From Spirochaetia bacterium (lineage in GTDB: Bacteria > Spirochaetota > Spirochaetia > CADAEX01): DNA of 64,000 nucleotides. This document shows positions 60,397 through 64,000 of this stretch, in pieces; the first letter of the stretch is position 1, and each line of letters starts with the position of its first letter. The stretch is from NCBI GenBank assembly GCA_963662795.1, contig OY759746.1, positions 2,944,001 to 3,008,000 on the forward strand, in the 5' to 3' direction. A program made the position numbers and the translations under genes. The notes beneath the pieces were generated by a model. It searched no databases. It was given only the letters and a program-made list of their open reading frames with translations, and was not told the origin of the DNA.

Positions 60397-63300
60397 AACC
60401 GGCGGAATCTCTCCTGCCGCAGCTCTTTCGGGATTCAGGTAATATCATGGGGAAAATGAGAAACAGGGCTGCAGTACCTGATGCAAGACCTCCCAGCAGG
60501 GTACATGCGGCATTGCTTAGAACCGGATTTTTATCAAGAAACGCAGCAGGGACGAGGGCTGCTGCTGTAGTAAGTACAGAAGCTGTAACTGCTTTCATTT
60601 CCCCCTTCACAGATTTTCTGATATCAAAGCAGGTCCCGGTTCTTTCAGAGAATATTATGATTGCGGTGTTTACAACTGTTCCGCTTAAAATAAGTATTCC
60701 AAGAAACGAACTCAGGTTGAATGATCTCCCTGTAATGAATAGAGCCGATATGCTTCCCGATACTGAGAAAGGTATTGTCATCATTATGAATAATGGAATT
60801 GTGAATGACTCGAACTGCGCTCCAAGAAAAAGATAGAGCATCAGAAGGGAAGAGAGAAACAATACTGATATTTCAATAATGTTTTCCCTGCTGACAGAAG
60901 CAGAAACAACTTCTATACTGCTGTCAGCCAATCCTTTTACAAGTTCGAGTAAATCTTTTTTATCAGTTTTTCCAGGAGCCGCGATAACAGTTAGTGCCGG
61001 TTTTCTGTTAATTCTTTCAAGATAGGGATAATTCATCTCATCCGTAACTGCGGCAGAGGATGAAATATCAAATAATCCTTTTTCAAACGGAAATTTGAGA
61101 GACGCAATTTTAAAAGGTGTATCTGTATATTCTCTTTTAAACCTGATCCTTACTTTTTTCCCTGTCTCTCCGTTGAAATTGTTTAATTGAAAAACCCTCC
61201 CTTTTACAGCACCGGCAAGTGTTTCAAATATTTCCATATTATTGATACCTGTCTCAGCAAGTTTTTCATTACTGAATGTTATTTTAAATCCCCTGATATT
61301 TTTTATAAAGTTGCCTGTAAGCTGCAATTCTCCGTCAACAGATTGCAGATATGAAGTGAGGGCTTTAACCTTTCTGCTGCATTCTTCCCTGCTTTTATCC
61401 ATAACCCTTGCTTCGAATAATTCACTTCCTTTGCCCGGCAGGTTATCCATAAAACTGCCTCTGCTTCTGATTACCGCACTTATCTTTCTTTTACTGAAAT
61501 AATTTTCAATGAGGTTTACATACTGGTGTGTATTGCCTGAATAATTATCTGGTCCCCTGATAGAAAGTGAGGCTTTCCAGCAATCTTTTTCTTTAGTGCA
61601 TTTTTCAAAAGGCGAGTTGTTATCATATCCACCTGCCGCATTTACAGATTCGGCTATCCCTTTATCAAGCAGGCTTCGGATTATCGCGGCTGTTCTGGCG
61701 CAGTATTCCTCAATTCGGAAGCCTGGCTGGAAATCAACCTGCGCAGTAACAACATTTTCTGTTCCGTCAGGCGCTGTTTTGAAATCGATAAACGGAATCA
61801 GCAGAAAAGAAGCTGAAAATAATGGAACGAGCAGATATTTTAGATAGCTTTTACCCTTGGTCCATAGCAGATATTTATAATATGAATCTGCAATATTCAT
61901 GGTCATTAAGTTTTTTCTGTCTATGTAATTTAATGGAATCCTTAATATTATGTAAAGTGACGGTGTTAACGTTACAGATACTGCAAATGAGGCAATGATA
62001 AAAATAATAATGGATAAAGCAAGGTCGTAAAAAAGCTTACCTGTAATTCCGGGTATCAGCAATACAGGAATAAATACGATAACGGTAGTTACAGTAGACC
62101 CGGCGGCAGCTGAGACAGTATTCCGGAGCGTTTTACCAATTAAATCAGGACTGACCGGTTGAGTTTTCAGAAGCTTTTCCAGAATTACTATTGAATTGTC
62201 AAAAACCATTCCGCAGCCTATTGCAAGACCTGAAAGCGAAATTATATTTATGCTGACTTTCAGAAAAAACATATAGATGAAAACAATAGATAAAGATGCA
62301 GGAAGTGATATAAAAACTATTGCTGAAATTCTAAAATCCCTGAATATCAGCAGGAGTACCGCGGCGGCTGAAAAAAAACCTATACCAATTGTGACATACA
62401 GACTCTTAAGAGAGGAGGAGAGCGAAACTGAGGAATCCTCAATAATACTGATATGAAAATCATTCCTGAAAATACTCTGCATTTTGGTGATACTTTTTTT
62501 AAGCCGTTTTGAGGTGCCTATCAGCCCCGTATATCCTGATTTTATGATTTCTATTCCAATACATTCTTCAATTCTTTCTCTGTCGCCGGAAATGAAAAAG
62601 GAATTATTTTCTTCCTCTGTTTCATAGATATCAGCAATATCACCAATCCTGAGAGCATTATCCCGGACAGCTGAAATTTTATTGAGATCACTTGTGCCTT
62701 TAATATCTGTTTTTGCTTTTACCCTGAATTCCCTGATATCATTATCTATTTTGCCAACCGGATAGTTGAAAACTGCCTCTGCAACGGAGGTGCTGATTTC
62801 ATCAAGAGGAATCCCTGTGTTTATGAGCTTTGGATAATCGATATCTATTACAATTTCTTTTTTCCCTGAACCTGATATTCTGACCTCTGCTACACCTTCA
62901 ACTGCGAGGAGCCGTGTCTTCATCTCTTTATCAACCAGATCGCAAATATCAGACGGCTTCTTTCCTTCAGCGGGAAATATCCCGAGAGTCATAAACGGTG
63001 TTTCAAATATGTTTTTAAAAATGACCACAGGTTTTGACGCCTTGTCAGGAAGAAAGGCGTATGCAATGTCAATTTTTTCTTTTATCTCTGCGTCTGCTGA
63101 ATTGATACCGGTATTCATACCCAATAAAATATTCACAGAGCATATGCCGTCTTTTGAAACTGATTTAATTTCTTTTATCCCCCTGACTGTCGAAAGGGTA
63201 TTCTCAAGAGGAATTGCTACAAGCTGTTCCATTTCACGGGCATTCATCTCAGGGTGACTGCATATAACAGAAGCTTCAGGAATTTCAATTTCAGGGTAAA

Positions 63301-63406
63301 GATTAATTTCTAGATGATGAGCGCTCAAGAGTCCTGTAAACATCACTCCTGCATAAATCATCAGTACAGAAACCGGATGTTCTGAGCAAAGCGATGATAT
63401 CCTCAC
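60389..63406 (-). CDS. Divergent RND (AcrB/AcrD/AcrF-family) permease
   Basis: HPVSVLM, LYPEIEIP, FDNSIVILE, TTVIVFIP and GAQFESF. GTG start overlaps the upstream gene. Confidence 0.85.
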   Translation of the reverse strand: MRISSLCSEHPVSVLMIYAGVMFTGLLSAHHLEINLYPEIEIPEASVICSHPEMNAREMEQLVAIPLENTLSTVRGIKEIKSVSKDGICSVNILLGMNTGINSADAEIKEKIDIAYAFLPDKASKPVVIFKNIFETPFMTLGIFPAEGKKPSDICDLVDKEMKTRLLAVEGVAEVRISGSGKKEIVIDIDYPKLINTGIPLDEISTSVAEAVFNYPVGKIDNDIREFRVKAKTDIKGTSDLNKISAVRDNALRIGDIADIYETEEENNSFFISGDRERIEECIGIEIIKSGYTGLIGTSKRLKKSITKMQSIFRNDFHISIIEDSSVSLSSSLKSLYVTIGIGFFSAAAVLLLIFRDFRISAIVFISLPASLSIVFIYMFFLKVSINIISLSGLAIGCGMVFDNSIVILEKLLKTQPVSPDLIGKTLRNTVSAAAGSTVTTVIVFIPVLLIPGITGKLFYDLALSIIIFIIASFAVSVTLTPSLYIILRIPLNYIDRKNLMTMNIADSYYKYLLWTKGKSYLKYLLVPLFSASFLLIPFIDFKTAPDGTENVVTAQVDFQPGFRIEEYCARTAAIIRSLLDKGIAESVNAAGGYDNNSPFEKCTKEKDCWKASLSIRGPDNYSGNTHQYVNLIENYFSKRKISAVIRSRGSFMDNLPGKGSELFEARVMDKSREECSRKVKALTSYLQSVDGELQLTGNFIKNIRGFKITFSNEKLAETGINNMEIFETLAGAVKGRVFQLNNFNGETGKKVRIRFKREYTDTPFKIASLKFPFEKGLFDISSSAAVTDEMNYPYLERINRKPALTVIAAPGKTDKKDLLELVKGLADSSIEVVSASVSRENIIEISVLFLSSLLMLYLFLGAQFESFTIPLFIMMTIPFSVSGSISALFITGRSFNLSSFLGILILSGTVVNTAIIIFSERTGTCFDIRKSVKGEMKAVTASVLTTAAALVPAAFLDKNPVLSNAACTLLGGLASGTAALFLIFPMILPESRKSCGRRDSAGYE

Positions 63407-64000
63407 AGACTGTTTACCTGTATTACTTCATCTTTCTCAAGTGTATTGCCGGAAGAGTCTTCCAGTGCTGAATCAACTATTATTCTGAAAACAGAGGGGT
63501 TTATGCCTGCACTTATTATGCATTCTATCCTCACAATATATTCACTGATGCCCGGGAGGGTGGGAGTGCCGGGAAGGGGAGGCGGCAGGGCTTCCATGGC
63601 AGGATTGATAATTCTTCTTTGTTCTACAGAGAGATCTCCATTTACAGTAAGAAAATCAACTGAACTGAAAATAGTGTAATCACTTAAAACAGCACCTTCC
63701 GCCAGATGAAAATAAAGATCAAAAAAAGCATTATCTGATGATAAAAAACTTATTGAGCTGTTAAGGGTGAAATTTTCAAAAATAGGATTTATACTGTCTC
63801 CGCAGAAGGTTATACCTGATAACAGAGGAGGGCGGGAAGAAGGATCATCAGTCATCAGCCTGTATGTCTTTTTATCAATAATGATTTCATAAATATTTTC
63901 AAATTCAAGAATACCGCTGAATGTTACTGTGCATTCTGAAAAATTATTATTCCAGCTGAAACTATAAGGCGAATAAGGTTCAACTGTAACTGGATTCATT
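63403..64000 (-). CDS. Hypothetical beta-rich (Ig-like?) protein, probably 5' partial
   Basis: The ORF runs to the window edge. LEDSSGNTLE-type terminal motif. 4-bp overlap with the RND gene. Confidence 0.6.
   Translation of the reverse strand, partial: MNPVTVEPYSPYSFSWNNNFSECTVTFSGILEFENIYEIIIDKKTYRLMTDDPSSRPPLLSGITFCGDSINPIFENFTLNSSISFLSSDNAFFDLYFHLAEGAVLSDYTIFSSVDFLTVNGDLSVEQRRIINPAMEALPPPLPGTPTLPGISEYIVRIECIISAGINPSVFRIIVDSALEDSSGNTLEKDEVIQVNSL

Noticed and set aside
1-64000. Many short antisense or overlapping ORFs in the track (e.g. 25493-26185, 59771-60442, 8516-8839)
   Set aside because: They are shadows of well-supported genes or of the ABC scar and carry no motifs.
1-64000. CRISPR arrays, tRNA/rRNA, IS elements, integrases, prophage genes
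   Set aside because: None was recognisable by eye. A covariance-model search was not possible.

Overview
Bacterial chromosomal window, most likely from a free-living Spirochaetota member. This is inferred from the 'FAGG..KE' solute-binding signal peptides, 'ISC/LSC' lipoboxes and the spirochaete-style MCP and SpoIIE proteins. It contains about 45 intact genes, mostly for transport, redox, metabolism and signalling. I found no rRNA, tRNA, CRISPR array, integrase, transposase or reverse transcriptase. Four to five eroded loci are present: a sigma-54 activator remnant, a WYL-TM-transglutaminase-like fusion, a DUF3047 gene, a collapsed ABC transporter and a UvrD-like helicase. The most notable items are: (1) a catabolic island at 34-49 kb (IclR/TRAP/FAD oxidoreductase/glyoxylate aminotransferase, plus saccharopine-dehydrogenase-like/SSS/two-component genes) that may release glyoxylate from an unknown substrate; (2) the broken WYL-membrane-Cys-protease-like fusion; (3) a repeat lipoprotein whose C-terminus resembles a DGR variable region; (4) a desaturase/DedA/MerA-like/CDP-alcohol transferase operon; (5) an OmpR-type box upstream of a FabX-like gene; (6) an unannotated 26-aa membrane peptide; (7) a pair of degenerate RND transporters. 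All family calls come from motif recognition by eye, not from database searches.
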